DNA from: Takakia lepidozioides
Taxonomy: Eukaryota > Plantae > Bryophyta
DNA length: 64,000 bases
Reading direction: 5' to 3'
Assembly: GCA_030704615.1 (NCBI GenBank)
Contig: CM060731.1
Span: 34,472,001 to 34,536,000, forward strand
Positions 42,601 to 55,168 of this stretch are shown piece after piece. A model generated the notes under the pieces. That model saw only the letters and a list, made by a program, of their open reading frames with translations. It ran no database searches and was not told the DNA's origin. The translations under genes and the position numbers were made by a program. The stretch's first letter is position 1, and the number at the start of each line of letters is the position of its first letter.

Positions 42601-45600
42601 TCAAGGGCATCTGCCCGATCCTTTGTATCCTATACAGTGTGTGAACCAGACTCGTTTTGACATGCGATGTCTCCGTCCCTCTGCAGAATGATATCTGAAT
42701 TTCAGAATGTAATTCAAGGACTTCAATCAAGGAAGAACGGAACCAGAAGTGCAACGTGTACAATGAGAAACCAACCTGTTCACATCATTCATTGCCGTCA
42801 GAAGACCCATCATGTTGTCGTCACAATCAAGCACCATCGATCGAACAGAGTAATGCCACTCTTCCTCCTGTGAGTGCAGCCTCCCAATGACAGCCATCCA
42901 TGCAAGCAACCGGTGGTTGCCATCCCAAACGTGAAACATCTTCCCCGAGAATACCTGGGTGGAAGGTTTTCTGGAGAGAAGAAGTTCGAAGGATTCGTTC
43001 ACCTGTCTCCAAATGGGGTCCCAGGAGTCGACGATTGACTCATCAACAAGGAGCTCGTTACCTCTTGAATCCCTAGTAGAAACGTAAAAGACCGCGGATC
43101 CATCCAAATACCCATGAACAAACTCGGCCTCCAGCTTGAGAATGTCTTTGACAAGGGGTGGACGAACGACGGGCATGGAAACCAACCTACACAGGGGAAT
43201 CTTCAACCTCCCACCAGGAGCAAGCATACTTTGAACCACAAGCTGAGAGTTCACCTTTTGACCCCCAGCATCTCAGCGGCTTTGCTTTCATAAAACTCAT
43301 CGTCAACATCATCTTTGGTCTCCTTCCCCTGACCCTGAGGGACCTCATCCGCCACACTTTGCATTTTCCCCTGCAAGGTTGTTCACTCAAATTCTTATAA
43401 GAGAGGAATGAAACGTCGACCGATGCATGAAAAAGTGGGATAAAAAGAGAAGTGTTCTTTGAGCTGCCAGATAAGTGTTCATTGATCCTCACGGACATGC
43501 ACTATGTTCCCGATTTACACAGGGAAAGAACATTGAAAAGTTCTGCTCAAATATCTGCCCATGAGGGCCGAAAGTTGCGCCCTTCCATATTCATATGTTC
43601 TGCCTACACAGTGTGCGGTTCCGCAGACTGTTTGAGCTGACAGTGAAGGGTTCATTTTATACTCAAAAATGTGCCCATGAAGTCCAAATTTTGCACCCAG
43701 AAACATTGAAATGCTCAGCTCAAACAGTGTGCGTTGCCGCACACTGTCTGGGCTGGCAGTGAAGGGTTCTTTTCACACTCACACAGGTGCCCCTGAAGTC
43801 CAAATTTTGCACACAGAAACATTGAAATGCTCAGCTCAAACAGTGTGCGTTGCCGCACACTGTATGAGCTGGCAGTGAAGGGTTCTTTACACACTCACAC
43901 AGGTGCCCCTGAAGTCCAATTTTTGCATCCAGAAACATTGAAATGCTCAGCTCAAACAGTGTGCGTTGCCGCACACTGTCTGAGCTGGCAGTGAAGGGTT
44001 CTTTTCACACTCACACAGGTGCCCCTGAAGTCCAAATATTTCACCCAGAAACATTGAAATGCTCAGCTCAAACAGTGTGCGTTGCCGCACACTGTCTGAG
44101 CTGGCAGTGAAGGGTTCATTTCACCCTCACACGGGTGCCCATGAAGTCCAAATTTTGCACCCAGAAACATTGAAATGCTCAGCTCAAACAGTGTGCGTTG
44201 CCGCACACTGTCTGGGCTGGCAGTGAAGGGTTCTTTTCACACTCACACAGGTGCCCCTGAAGTCCAAATATTTCACCCAGAAACATTGAAATGCTCAGCT
44301 CAAACAGTGTGCGTTGCCGCACACTGTCTGAGCTGGCAGTGAAGGGTTCTTTTCACACTCACACAGGTGCCCCTGAAGTCCAAATATTTCACCCAGAAAC
44401 ATTGAAATGCTCAGCTCAAACAGTGTGCGTTGCCGCACACTGTCTGAGCTGGCAGTGAAGGGTTCTTTTCACACTCACACAGGTGCCCCTGAAGTCCAAA
44501 TTTTGCATCCAGAAACATTGAAATGCTCAGCTCAAACAGTGTGCGTTGCCGCACACTGTCTGAGCTGGCAGTGAAGGGTTCATTTCACACTCACACGGGT
44601 GCCCCTGAAGTCCAAATTTTGCACCCAGAAACATTGAAATGCTCAGCTCAAACAGTGTGCGTTGCCGCACACTGTCTGGGCTGGCAGTGAAGGGTTCTTT
44701 TCACACTCACACAGGTGCCCCTGAAGTCCAAATATTTCACCCAGAAACATTGAAATGCTCAGCTCAAACAGTGTGCGTTGCCGCACACTGTCTGAGCTGG
44801 CAGTGAAGGGTTCTTTTCACACTCACACAGGTGCCCCTGAAGTCCAAATATTTCACCCAGAAACATTGAAATGCTCAGCTCAAACAGTGTGCGTTGCCGC
44901 ACACTGTCTGAGCTGGCAGTGAAGGGTTCTTTTCACACTCACACAGGTGCCCCTGAAGTCCAATTTTTGCATCCAGAAACATTGAAATGCTCAGCTCAAA
45001 CAGTGTGCGTTGCCGCACACTGTCTGAGCTGGCAGTGAAGGGTTCTTTTCACACTGACAGGTGCCCATGAAGTCCAAATTTTGCACCCAGAAACATTGAA
45101 ATGCTCAGCTCAAACAGTGTGCGTTGCCGCACACTGTCTGGGCTGGCAGTGAAGGGTTCTTTTCACACTCACACAGGTGCCCCTGAAGTCCAAATATTTC
45201 ACCCAGAAACATTGAAATGCTCAGCTCAAACAGTGTGCGTTGCCGCACACTGTCTGAGCTGGCAGTGAAGGGTTCATTTCACACTCACACAGGTGCCCCT
45301 GAAGTCCAAATATTTCACCAAGAAACATTGAAATGCTCAGCTCAAACAGTGTGCGTTGCCGCACACTGTCTGAGCTGGCAGTGAAGGGTTCATTTCACAC
45401 TCACACAGGTGCCCCTGAAGTCCAATTTTTGCATCCAGAAACATTGAAATGCTCAGCTCAAACAGTGTGCGTTGCCGCACACTGTCTGAGCTGGCAGTGA
45501 AGGGTTCTTTTCACACTCACACAGGTGCCCCTGAAGTCCAAATATTTCACCCAGAAACATTGAAATGCTCAGCTCAAACAGTGTGCGTTGCCGCACACTG

Positions 45601-48484
45601 TCTGAGCTGGCAGTGAAGGGTTCTTTTCACCCTCACACGGGTGCCCTGAAGTCCAAATTTTGCACCCAGAAACATTGAAATGCTCAGCTCAAACAGTGTG
45701 CGTTGCCGCACACTGTCTGGGCTGGCAGTGAAGGGTTCTTTTCACACTCACACAGGTGCCCCTGAAGTCCAAATATTTCACCCAGAAACATTGAAATGCT
45801 CAGCTCAAACAGTGTGCGTTGCCGCACACTGTCTGAGCTGGCAGTGAAGGGTTCTTTTCACACTCACACAGGTGCCCCTGAAGTCCAAATATTTCACCCA
45901 GAAACATTGAAATGCTCAGCTCAAACAGTGTGCGTTGCCGCACACTGTCTGAGCTGGCAGTGAAGGGTTCTTTTCACACTCACACAGGTGCCCCTGAAGT
46001 CCAAATTTTGCATCCAGAAACATTGAAATGCTCAGCTCAAACAGTGTGCGTTGCCGCACACTGTCTGAGCTGGCAGTGAAGGGTTCATTTCACACTCACA
46101 CGGGTGCCCCTGAAGTCCAAATTTTGCACCCAGAAACATTGAAATGCTCAGCTCAAACAGTGTGCGTTGCCGCACACTGTCTGGGCTGGCAGTGAAGGGT
46201 TCTTTTCACACTCACACAGGTGCCCCTGAAGTCCAAATATTTCACCCAGAAACATTGAAATGCTCAGCTCAAACAGTGTGCGTTGCCGCACACTGTCTGA
46301 GCTGGCAGTGAAGGGTTCATTTCACACTCACACAGGTGCCCCTGAAGTCCAATTTTTGCATCCAGAAACATTGAAATGCTCAGCTCAAACAGTGTGCGTT
46401 GCCGCACACTGTCTGAGCTGGCAGTGAAGGGTTCTTTTCACACTCACACAGGTGCCCCTGAAGTCCAAATATTTCACCCAGAAACATTGAAATGCTCAGC
46501 TCAAACAGTGTGCGTTGCCGCACATGTCTGAGCTGGCAGTGAAGGGTTCATTTCACCTCACACGGGTGTCCATGAAGTCCAAATTTTGCACCCAGAAACA
46601 TTGAAATGCTCAGCTCAAACAGTGTGCGTTGCCGCACACTGTCTGGGCTGGCAGTGAAGGGTTCTTTTCACACTCACACAGGTGCCCCTGAAGTCCAAAT
46701 ATTTCACCCAGAAACATTGAAATGCTCAGCTCAAACAGTGTGCGTTGCCGCACACTGTCTGAGCTGGCAGTGAAGGGTTCTTTTCACACTCACACAGTGC
46801 CCCTGAAGTCCAAATATTTCACCCAGAAACATTGAAATGCTCAGCTCAAACAGTGTGCGTTGCCGCACACTGTATGAGCTGGCAGTGAAGGGTTCTTTTC
46901 ACACTCACACAGGTGCCCCTGAAGTCCAAATTTTGCATCCAGAAACATTGAAATGCTCAGCTCAAACAGTGTGCGTTGCCGCACACTGTCTGAGCTGGCA
47001 GTGAAGGGTTCATTTCACACTCACACGGGTGCCCGTGAAGTCCAAATTTTGCACCCAGAAACATTGAAATGCTCAGCTCAAACAGTGTGCGTTGCCGCAC
47101 ACTGTCTGGGCTGGCAGTGAAGGGTTCTTTTCACACTCACACAGGTGCCCCTGAAGTCCAAATATTTCACCCAGAAACATTGAAATGCTCAGCTCAAACA
47201 GTGTGCGTTGCCGCACACTGTCTGAGCTGGCAGTGAAGGGTTCATTTCACACTCACACAGGTGCCCCTGAAGTCCAATTTTTGCATCCAGAAACATTGAA
47301 ATGCTCAGCTCAAACAGTGTGCGTTGCCGCACACTGTCTGAGCTGGCAGTGAAGGGTTCTTTTCACACTCACACAGGTGCCCCTGAAGTCCAAATATTTC
47401 ACCCAGAAACATTGAAATGCTCAGCTCAAACAGTGTGCGTTGCCGCACACTGTCTGAGCTGGCAGTGAAGGGTTCATTTCACACTCACACAGGTGCCCCT
47501 GAAGTCCAATTTTGCATCCAGAAACATTGAAATGCTCAGCTCAAACAGTGTGCGTTGCCGCACACTGTCTGAGCTGGCAGTGAAGGGTTCATTTCACACT
47601 AACATAACAGACATCAAGACCAAATTTTGAACCCTAAAACATTGAAAAGGTCTGCTCAAACATTGTGCGTTGCCGCACGCTGTTTGAGCTGGTTTTGAAG
47701 GGTTCATTTCAACCTCAGATAACAGACAGCAAAGACCAAATTTTGCACCCAGAAACACCGAAATGCCCAGCTCAAACAGTGTGCGTTGCCGCACACTGTC
47801 TGAGCTGGCAGTGAAGGGTTCATTTCACACTCACACAGGTGCCCCTGAAGTCCAAATTTTGCACCCTAAACATTGAAATGCTCAGCTCAAACAGTGTGCG
47901 TTGCCGCACACTGTCTGGGCTGGCAGTGAAGGGTTCTTTTCACACTCACACAGGTGCCCCTGAAGTCCAAATTTTGCACCCAGAAACATTGAAATGCTCA
48001 GCTCAAACAGTGTGCGTTGCCGCACACTGTCTGGGCTGGCAGTGAAGGGTTCGTTTCACCCTCACATAACAGACATCAAGACCAAATTTTGCAAGACCAA
48101 TGGTTCTTTCTTTCACAAATACCTGCCATTCAAAGCCGAATTCTTCACAAATATGGGTCGTGTGGATTTTACCTTTTTCGTAGCTACTCGAGAAGACTCC
48201 CCAGTTGCCGGGGACGCTTTCCGCTTGGGGCTGCTCTCTTCGCCGACTATGTAGGTGAGCCTCTCCCCCTTCCTCTTTCCCGTGGTCAGATCGTTCGTGA
48301 GGCCAGTGTCAACATCTTCCTCCATGTCGTCTGTCTCTCCCTCAGACGCAGTGTCCTCCTCGCCTGTTCCTGGAACTATGGTGGGTTGTTGTTCTTCTCC
48401 AGATTCCTGCTCCTCCATCGCCACACTTTCCTGTATTCCCTCTTCTTCCTCCTTTTCCTCTTCCTCCACTCTTTCCATCCTCAT
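39646..48484 (-). CDS. Spliced cargo gene: acidic N-terminus + ParB-like domain + beta-class (N4C/N6A-type) DNA methyltransferase fold, ~1080 aa
   Basis: GT-AG exons 43370-42776, 42680-42488, 42385-41945, 41825-41602, 41460-40809, 40706-40368, 40241-39956, 39839-39646 are phase-compatible, with one 1-bp frameshift at ~43256. A probable first exon 48484-48173 is less certain. Motifs: FHVWDGNHRLLAW (ParB/Srx), ELIILDIPDG (motif IV position), ERSPAFIQTIVECCT...VLDLSMGTGASYHAC...RHVFGIEGD (motifs X-I-II). Confidence 0.8.
43560..48092. repeat. 116-bp tandem satellite, ~39 copies, each with a 40-bp palindrome
   Basis: Unit GAAGTCCAAATTTTGCACCCAGAAACATTGAAATGCT-CAGCTCAAACAGTGTGCG-TTGC-CGCACACTGTCTGAGCTG-GCAGTGAAGGGTTCTTTTCACACTCACACAGGTGCCCCT. 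Highly homogeneous centre, degenerate edges. Confidence 0.97.
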
Positions 48485-49426
48485 TCTATATCTAGCTCTA
48501 TTCCTGTTTCTAGAACTCGTGAAGTATAATGACTTCCTTCTCTTTCTCCTCCGCTGGAAACAAGGGCTCCCCACGATGCCCCTGGAGCTCTCCAGTTTGA
48601 CGTTTGCAACAAGTTCTGGTATCGCATGTAACAAAAATAAAAATGGACGTTGTCAACCGTATTTGGATGCGGGTGTTGATATTGTGTGCGAACGGAATTC
48701 ATCCATTTTGTCGTCTTTGTATTACCCAGCTAATAAAGCGCCGAAGAAAAAGAATATCCGTTGCATGCATTTGCGATATATGTCAGATGTGCTTCGCCGC
48801 CTGCCAATACATGGCGGCCTCCTTGCCTTCTTTCAAATTCGAATGCGCCGTAGAAATGTAGTGCTTTTTCAATTCCGAGCAGTTCTTCCAGATTCGCAAT
48901 AATTGTTATGCTTCACATATGCATCCACGTGTGTTGTGCTGCATGCCCTGTGGTTTTTTTTATGCCGTGACCGTCCCCATGGGGTCATTCGGTATAAAGG
49001 ATTGTGTCGGATATGACCATGTGTTGCACACATTCGTGCGAGGTATCTCTTGAAGTGTCGGTGTTTGTTCTGTGCTATTCTGGCGCAACACAATCTCATT
49101 ACAATCGGATCTTCCTGTTTACTGCTCTCCAGGGTTGTTGCCGTCATTTCATAATGGATGGTTTCATGTCAATTTCAGGGTTTGTTTTCCATCCAAAAAC
49201 AGTACGGCTTCTTGTGGCTCTGGTCTTTCAAAACCGTTTTTCTGGTTGGTGGGAGGTGAATGTGCACGTCATCCCTACATCCTTGGCATGCATCGCCGGC
49301 AGCCTTGGGTTTGGTGCTACCCTTGTTGACCTCAGTTTGCTGGTGGTATTTCCACTTTCGATAATTACGGGCTCTCAGTTCGGGGATTCCGTTCTGCATC
49401 GGCAGTTTCGTTCAGTGCTGGAAAAC

Positions 49427-52400
49427 ATGTCGAGGGAGCGAGATGCACTCGCTCGATTCCATTCCAATGCAGGTACTCTTCCACTGACTGCCACTGCAGA
49501 CGACGATGGGTATGCAGTTGTTCATGAGGATGAGCTGGTTACAGTGTTCCCGCTGGAGTTGGGTTCTCTGCTTGTTCAGAAAGAGGTGTATGACGAGGAT
49601 GGGAATTTGGATTCTGGGCACTTGGAGAAACCCTTGGTTGGCGAGTGTGGAAGGAAGTGGAGAGTCCTTCCAGGAACATACCGTGTCCTTGGAAAAGAGA
49701 GAAGACAATCAGCAGGATCAGTCGTTACCCCTGGCACTGCAGCATCGGTCGTGCAACAGAAGGGCACAGTTCCTGTGAAACAAGAGGTGAGCACATCCAC
49801 TACCTTCGTTACTCTTTCGGACTCGTCCTCGGAGGATGTTTCTGAGATTCCTCCGCCAGTGCAAACTCCCTTATTGGATGATGACGAATTGCGCGAGATA
49901 ACAAGTGTCATTCCAAAATTGAAAGCCCTCGCAGGTGTGCCTGGGTGCAAGAGCGAGCTACGTTTTGTTGATTGGGAGTCCCTTCCAGTGCAACGTGTTC
50001 AATACGTGCCAGCTCAGTTTGATGGGGACATCTTGTTTGAGCTCAACCCTCCCACGTCTTCCAGTGGACTGGCTGGGCTTCTGCAGGGCATGGACAAGAA
50101 ACATGACGGACATCCTTGGTGCAGGACAAAAACTTCGAACATCCATAACGACATTGGCTTGAAATTTCGGAGGTCGGTTTGCGTTGGGCATTGCAAGTGC
50201 CTGAATATTTCTTGCCCTCGGCTGAGAAACAGCGCTCAGCCAAACGAAAGTGAGTGGGAAGGTGTGCCCCTGAATCCTTTCACCCCAGGGCTTGCACCTC
50301 CCAATACCAATACTTTTGTGTGCAGGTTCTGCAAACTTTCCCCGTCCTGTGTTTCTGTTTGCCACGCTCGTATGTATCAGGTGGCACATCGATGCAAGAC
50401 AATGACTCGTGCCTGCATTCATATGGGTGCACACGAGCATCCTGTGTCCAAAGGGAGTTGCAGGGATAGCGTGGACATCGCTAGAAATCTACTGAAGCAA
50501 GAGTTCCATAATGCCCCTTCTGCAACACCTTCTGCTATAGCGCTTGCAGCTAGCAAGGCATTCCTGGAAAAACACATACTGGGTGAAGGGGATTCGACAC
50601 AGCCAATGCTGGATGCAGATTCCCTTGAGGCAGTCATGGACCATTTCTCCGTGTTGAGCTCTCCCAATATTCGAAACCAGGTGAATGCACTCAGAATGGG
50701 CACAGGCACTGCTGGATTCATGGACAACATTATGGACCTCAAACGGAGGAGTCGCTATGAATTCATTCAAAACAGTATGTTCCCTGGCCAGGGCTCGTCC
50801 AAAGTGTATTTGTTCAAGATGTCCGCTGTGGGCCAAGGCAGTGGTGTGAGCATTGTCCGCCGAATGCAACCTGGAGGAGATTTGGCTAAATGTTGGTTAA
50901 TGTTTGATCACTGCAAACGGGTGAAGGGTTGGACAACCATGGCGTGCCATGTGTATGATCCAGCGTACCAGCGTGTGCTCTCCATAGCAATTTGTGATAT
51001 GCAGTCGGAGGACACTGAATCCCAGATGCTCATGTGGAAGTCCCTCCTGACCGTCATGCAGCGCAATGGAATACAGAACACAAACTTTGCGGGCTTCATG
51101 GCTGATAGTGCACAGGCAAATTTCAATGCAGTGCGGCGCGTGTTTGGTTCTGGGGATCCTAAGGTCCCCATGGAAAATAGGGAGCGCACATGCCTCTTCC
51201 ATTGGAGTCAATCTCTGGCACGTCATACAAAGCGCTGCATTCGCCCTGACCTTCAGTTGGAGCATAGAAGGCTCTGTCTGAAGTACAAGAATGCCACCTC
51301 AATGGGAGAAGCAGAGAGCACTTACCAGGCAATCCGGGCTTGGTGGTTCTCCGCTGGTGCTGCTACAGGTATCCACCTGAAGGAGTTGGAGGACTGGTTG
51401 GTTTTCTGGCACTTCAGGTACAGACAGTGGGGAGCTTTCATGACGACGGTAAGCCTCACAAGTTTTCCTTAAACACAAATTGCACTTTGCATCGTGCCTG
51501 TTCATTTGGGGTTGTTCGATTGTCACTTGAATAACCTCTACCATTTCTTTTCCTTCCTCACATTTCCATGCAATGCCTCCTGCAGGACATGTCCTTGGAG
51601 GACTTGGCCGACATGCCATCGTGTAATTTGGCAGAGACTGTTCACAACGCCTGGATGCAACAGTCTACCAAAGCAGGTCGTGACTTGTATGTGGCCACTG
51701 CTGATGACATGGTGCGGGCACTTACACAACAAACCAGGTACCGCAATTTTCTGATGGGACGGGGTGGAGGGAAGGGCCCCGATTCGACTTTGTTGATGCT
51801 AAGGGCTGCGAGTAGGTCCGGAGACCCGTCAAAGATGGCCAGAGCTCTAAACAGGTGCACTGAAGGTTCCCCTCTGCAATCCAGGCTCCCCCATTTGGAA
51901 GGCGAGGAAAGATTTGGATCATGCAAAAGGAAATTAAACACTCTTCCAGGGTCAGATGGAGATTCCCATAGGCCAGACAGGGTCAATTTCTCTGTGCCAA
52001 AGGTGTCTCCAGTGCAGACTAAGTCCTGTGCCGGCCCCTTCCCAGGTGGGTCCTCCTCCTGTGGAGCAGGTGCGGAACATGCAAGCATAGCAGCGGAAAT
52101 CCCATTGGAGGAGGTGGTGGCCATGGTGCAGGAATCTGATTGCATTGATAGTGACTGGCATATAGAACGCACCCCACCAGGATCTAGAGTGGCTTGCATG
52201 GCAATTCGGACCCCCTCTTTCAAGAAATGCAAATCAAAAATATGCAAAGGCTCCAGGGGGACTCCAGCTCCAACATTCACAGGGTTGTTCCGACCTTATC
52301 ATAGTGGGGAGTCAAAAGAGCACAAGTTTTGGTTCTGCCCAGACGATATGGCACGATGCGTGAAGGGAACAGTTCGTCCTTCCGTGATAATGAAGCCCCC

Positions 52401-52998
52401 TCCCCCCGCAATTTGGCCTGTGCAAATTGGGACATCGCTGTCCTCAACCGAGATAAGCATGCTGGAGGAGGGAGGGTTTTGTCTTGCACGGTCCCGGGTG
52501 GTGCCCTTATGCACTGTCGGCACAGATGTGCCACATGCTCCGACAATGCCTCCACCCGGTGCCAACTCCCACCCAACAAAAAGAGATGGAAAAACAGTGC
52601 GCCGTGTTGCTTCGGGTGCAGATCACGAATGCAAGATGGAATCGGCTAGAATTTTGCAGGCTACGGTGGCTCGTATCACCGAAGTCCCTTCCCCGGGGTA
52701 TGGACGGATTTACACAGTGCTGTCAATTGGCTCAGTTCTTCATGCCAAAGAATATCAAGTTACCATTGGGAATTTCCCATCGTGCACTTGTCCGGATTTT
52801 GTAACGATGCGTGAGGGCGCTCTCGGCATGAGAGGGAAGTGGGTCCCCTGCAAGCATCAATATTACATATACCTTGTAATTATGTGTTGCGACGGTAAGA
52901 GAGACCAATTCATTCACCAAGCCACACTAGGCTACGGAGAAGTCATCACCCTTCTGCAGCGGGACACCTCGCGTAGAGCTCCGCCAACTTCTCTTTGA
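49427..52998 (+). CDS. MULE (Mutator-like) DDE transposase with WRKY/GCM1-like zinc domain and C-terminal SWIM finger, ~1140 aa
   Basis: Exons 49427-51448 and 51586-52998 (GT-AG, in frame). Cys-rich ...HMGAHEHP; catalytic pattern WLMFD, FMADS, CLFH, CNLAETVH; SWIM CTCPDF...CKH. Start codon uncertain. Confidence 0.9.
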
Positions 52999-54438
52999 AC
53001 ACATACGAGCCATGCCCGCTTCCCATGCTGGTTTCCAGGTTGCCGTGTGAAGACTTTTCATTTTATGACAAACATATACATTTCGTTCACTTGTGAGGGC
53101 AAATGCACTTGCGATTCATTGGAAGCGTCTCTCTGTGAATTGAAATAAACTGTGTCAATCATTCTGAGCTCAAATCTGACATGTTTACATATTCCTCTTT
53201 TTTGGCACGCATTGCAGACATGGTGCATGGTGGCCTCCTTTGTTTTGTCCACGGTAATAGGCCCTCTTCCTGCAATCCTCGCCTATAGGACCTGCTTCTC
53301 CAGCAGATTCATGCCGCTCACGCTTCCCTGAAGCGTGAGCTCAGCTCACGCTTCAAAGCTTGAACGTGAGCTCAGCTCCCAGGCTCACGGGGCTGGGCTC
53401 ACGCCGTAGCTACGCTGGTCAGCGACATGCACATCCCTGACGAGCAACACTTCGCTGACGACCAGGCACTCCAAACCAAGTCCGCACGAGACCAGATGGT
53501 GACCACCAACGATCGCCCCATGAAATGCAATCAATTGGAAGTCCCTATATCACCATTGTTTCCAAGTTTTGCCTGTGAAGAAGACCAGGCCGCGTCTTCC
53601 AGAGAGACAGAAGGCGAGACAGTGGGGTCAGAACAAGCCGCCCTTGAATCCTGGCTGGTCAGATCAAGAGAGGGACAATCACCGACTTGCAGGCACATAC
53701 TTCGCCACCTTCCAAACGCTACAATGGTTCGGCCTGGGGACGGAGAGAGCTGGGCACTGCTTGCCACCCTCTCTGCCTTTCTGCCTCCTTCAGCTTGACA
53801 GGCGACTCACAGGTAGCATAGAGAGCGAAGCAAATCGACCCCAAAATGACAGAGGTTGTGTGCCATTACAGTTCGCTGTCTTTGCGCCCGCTCACGACAT
53901 ACAACTGATGAAATTTAACAGCTATCTTGAGCTCAACTGAGAAGAGGTAGAGTCACCGCGAGTTCTTCAAAATTATTCTCCCACAGTTCATCAAGAGCTC
54001 ATCCCAGTCTCATATTCTTTAGGATGCCCTACAGACTTGCAGATTGATGCAACCCTGCACAAAACCTCCGCATGTCTACACCGTCTGCAGTAATTACCTC
54101 TCTGGCTTTCGGAGCGCATGCGTGCAAATCAGCGCGGCTCCCTCAGTCTCTCAGTCAGAAAAGACGAAGTCTTCACAGTCTCTGCTCGGCATCCGCCTTC
54201 CTTTGCCCACAGGGTATGAATGCTTCTTTTTGTTGTCTTCCAATGAGATACTTTGCGAGAGTTTAGTTTCTTCTTGCATAAAGCGTAGGAAACGCAGACT
54301 GCAGTTAACAAGCACTAAGCTCGCCACATAAACAGAATCAGTTTCAAGAAACATGGCATGAGAGATACAAGACACTGGTCTTCGATTCAAATGTCGGGCA
54401 CTGCTTTTCCTCTGCTCGAGAAGAAACGAGGACCCACT

Positions 54439-54700
54439 TTACCGCTGCTGGTGTTGGATTCCAATGAGCACCTTTAGCATGTCTTGCATGGAGGGGCGTC
54501 TATCAGGCACCTCGTGTGTGCAAAGCATGGCCATATCCATCAGCTGCAGCAACTGCTTGTCAATACATGTGGTCTTCAGCAGGTTCACATCAAGAACTTG
54601 CCTGGCCAGCTCTGGCTTCGCCAATGCTTGCCGCACCCACTGTGAGCTGTTCACGCCCTCACTAACCGGAACGAAGGCTGCTTCCTCGTAGTATAGCTCC
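54439..54700 (-). pseudogene. Captured fragment of a receptor-like kinase C-terminus in the element-2 leader
   Basis: QWVRQAL...VLDVNL...LLQLMDMAMLCTHEVPDRRPSMQDMLKVL matches RLK/Pelle kinase subdomains X-XI. No upstream kinase motifs. Confidence 0.75.
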
Positions 54701-55168
54701 GTCCTGCCCCTGCGGCCTTATGCCAGAACCAGCGCTATCCTTACCAGTGGAAAGACACCAGTTATTTGCCCCTGCTTGACATGCTGCCTGCCTCCATGGA
54801 CCATCTATATACCCAGAAACCAAAGATGATCGAAACCTGCATGTTTCTTTTTGTTTGTTTTTTTTTTTTTTTAAACTTCTTAAACTAAGCACTACTTCAC
54901 AGAGGTAATCATACAAGTGCTAACCCTCAACTCCTACCTTGCACTCACAAGTAAGAGCTGATCTCTCTCGAGTGATAGAAAGACTCTTTAACACACTGTT
55001 GACACAAAACATGGAAACCAAAATCATCACTCTTTGAAATAGAAGTCGAGCCAGGGGCACCCCAAGCTATGGGGACTCCACCCCACAACAACCTACACTC
55101 CCATCATAAGCACACACAGCTTCTAAACGCAGGAAGGAGCTCGGTCGCGCAGGCTCAACTCGAGAGAG

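Larger units (their letters stand above)
38859..53417 (+). mobile_element. 14.6-kb Mutator-superfamily DNA transposon with cargo gene and internal satellite
   Basis: 9-bp TSD GTCAGCGAC at 38850-38858 and 53418-53426. Weakly matched termini (GCTA..CGTGAGCC) with clustered GTGAGC/GCTCAC motifs at both ends. MULE transposase inside. Confidence 0.9.

Noticed and set aside
43560-48092. CRISPR array or 5S rDNA/tRNA tandem cluster
   Set aside because: Whole 116-bp units repeat with no unique spacers, and I see no resemblance to 5S rRNA or a tRNA cloverleaf.
48255-48902. 215-aa Ser-rich plus-strand ORF
   Set aside because: It is the shadow of the acidic Glu-rich exon on the minus strand.
49004-49426. 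N-terminal 141 codons of the 822-aa ORF as part of the transposase
   Set aside because: Non-ATG start and T-rich, intron/UTR-like composition; ATG 49427 or an upstream spliced exon is more plausible.
38859-53417. Zisupton/KDZ transposon (SWIM finger, possible 8-bp TSD)
   Set aside because: The duplication extends to 9 bp, and the D..D..CxxH..E pattern with an upstream HxH zinc domain fits Mutator better.
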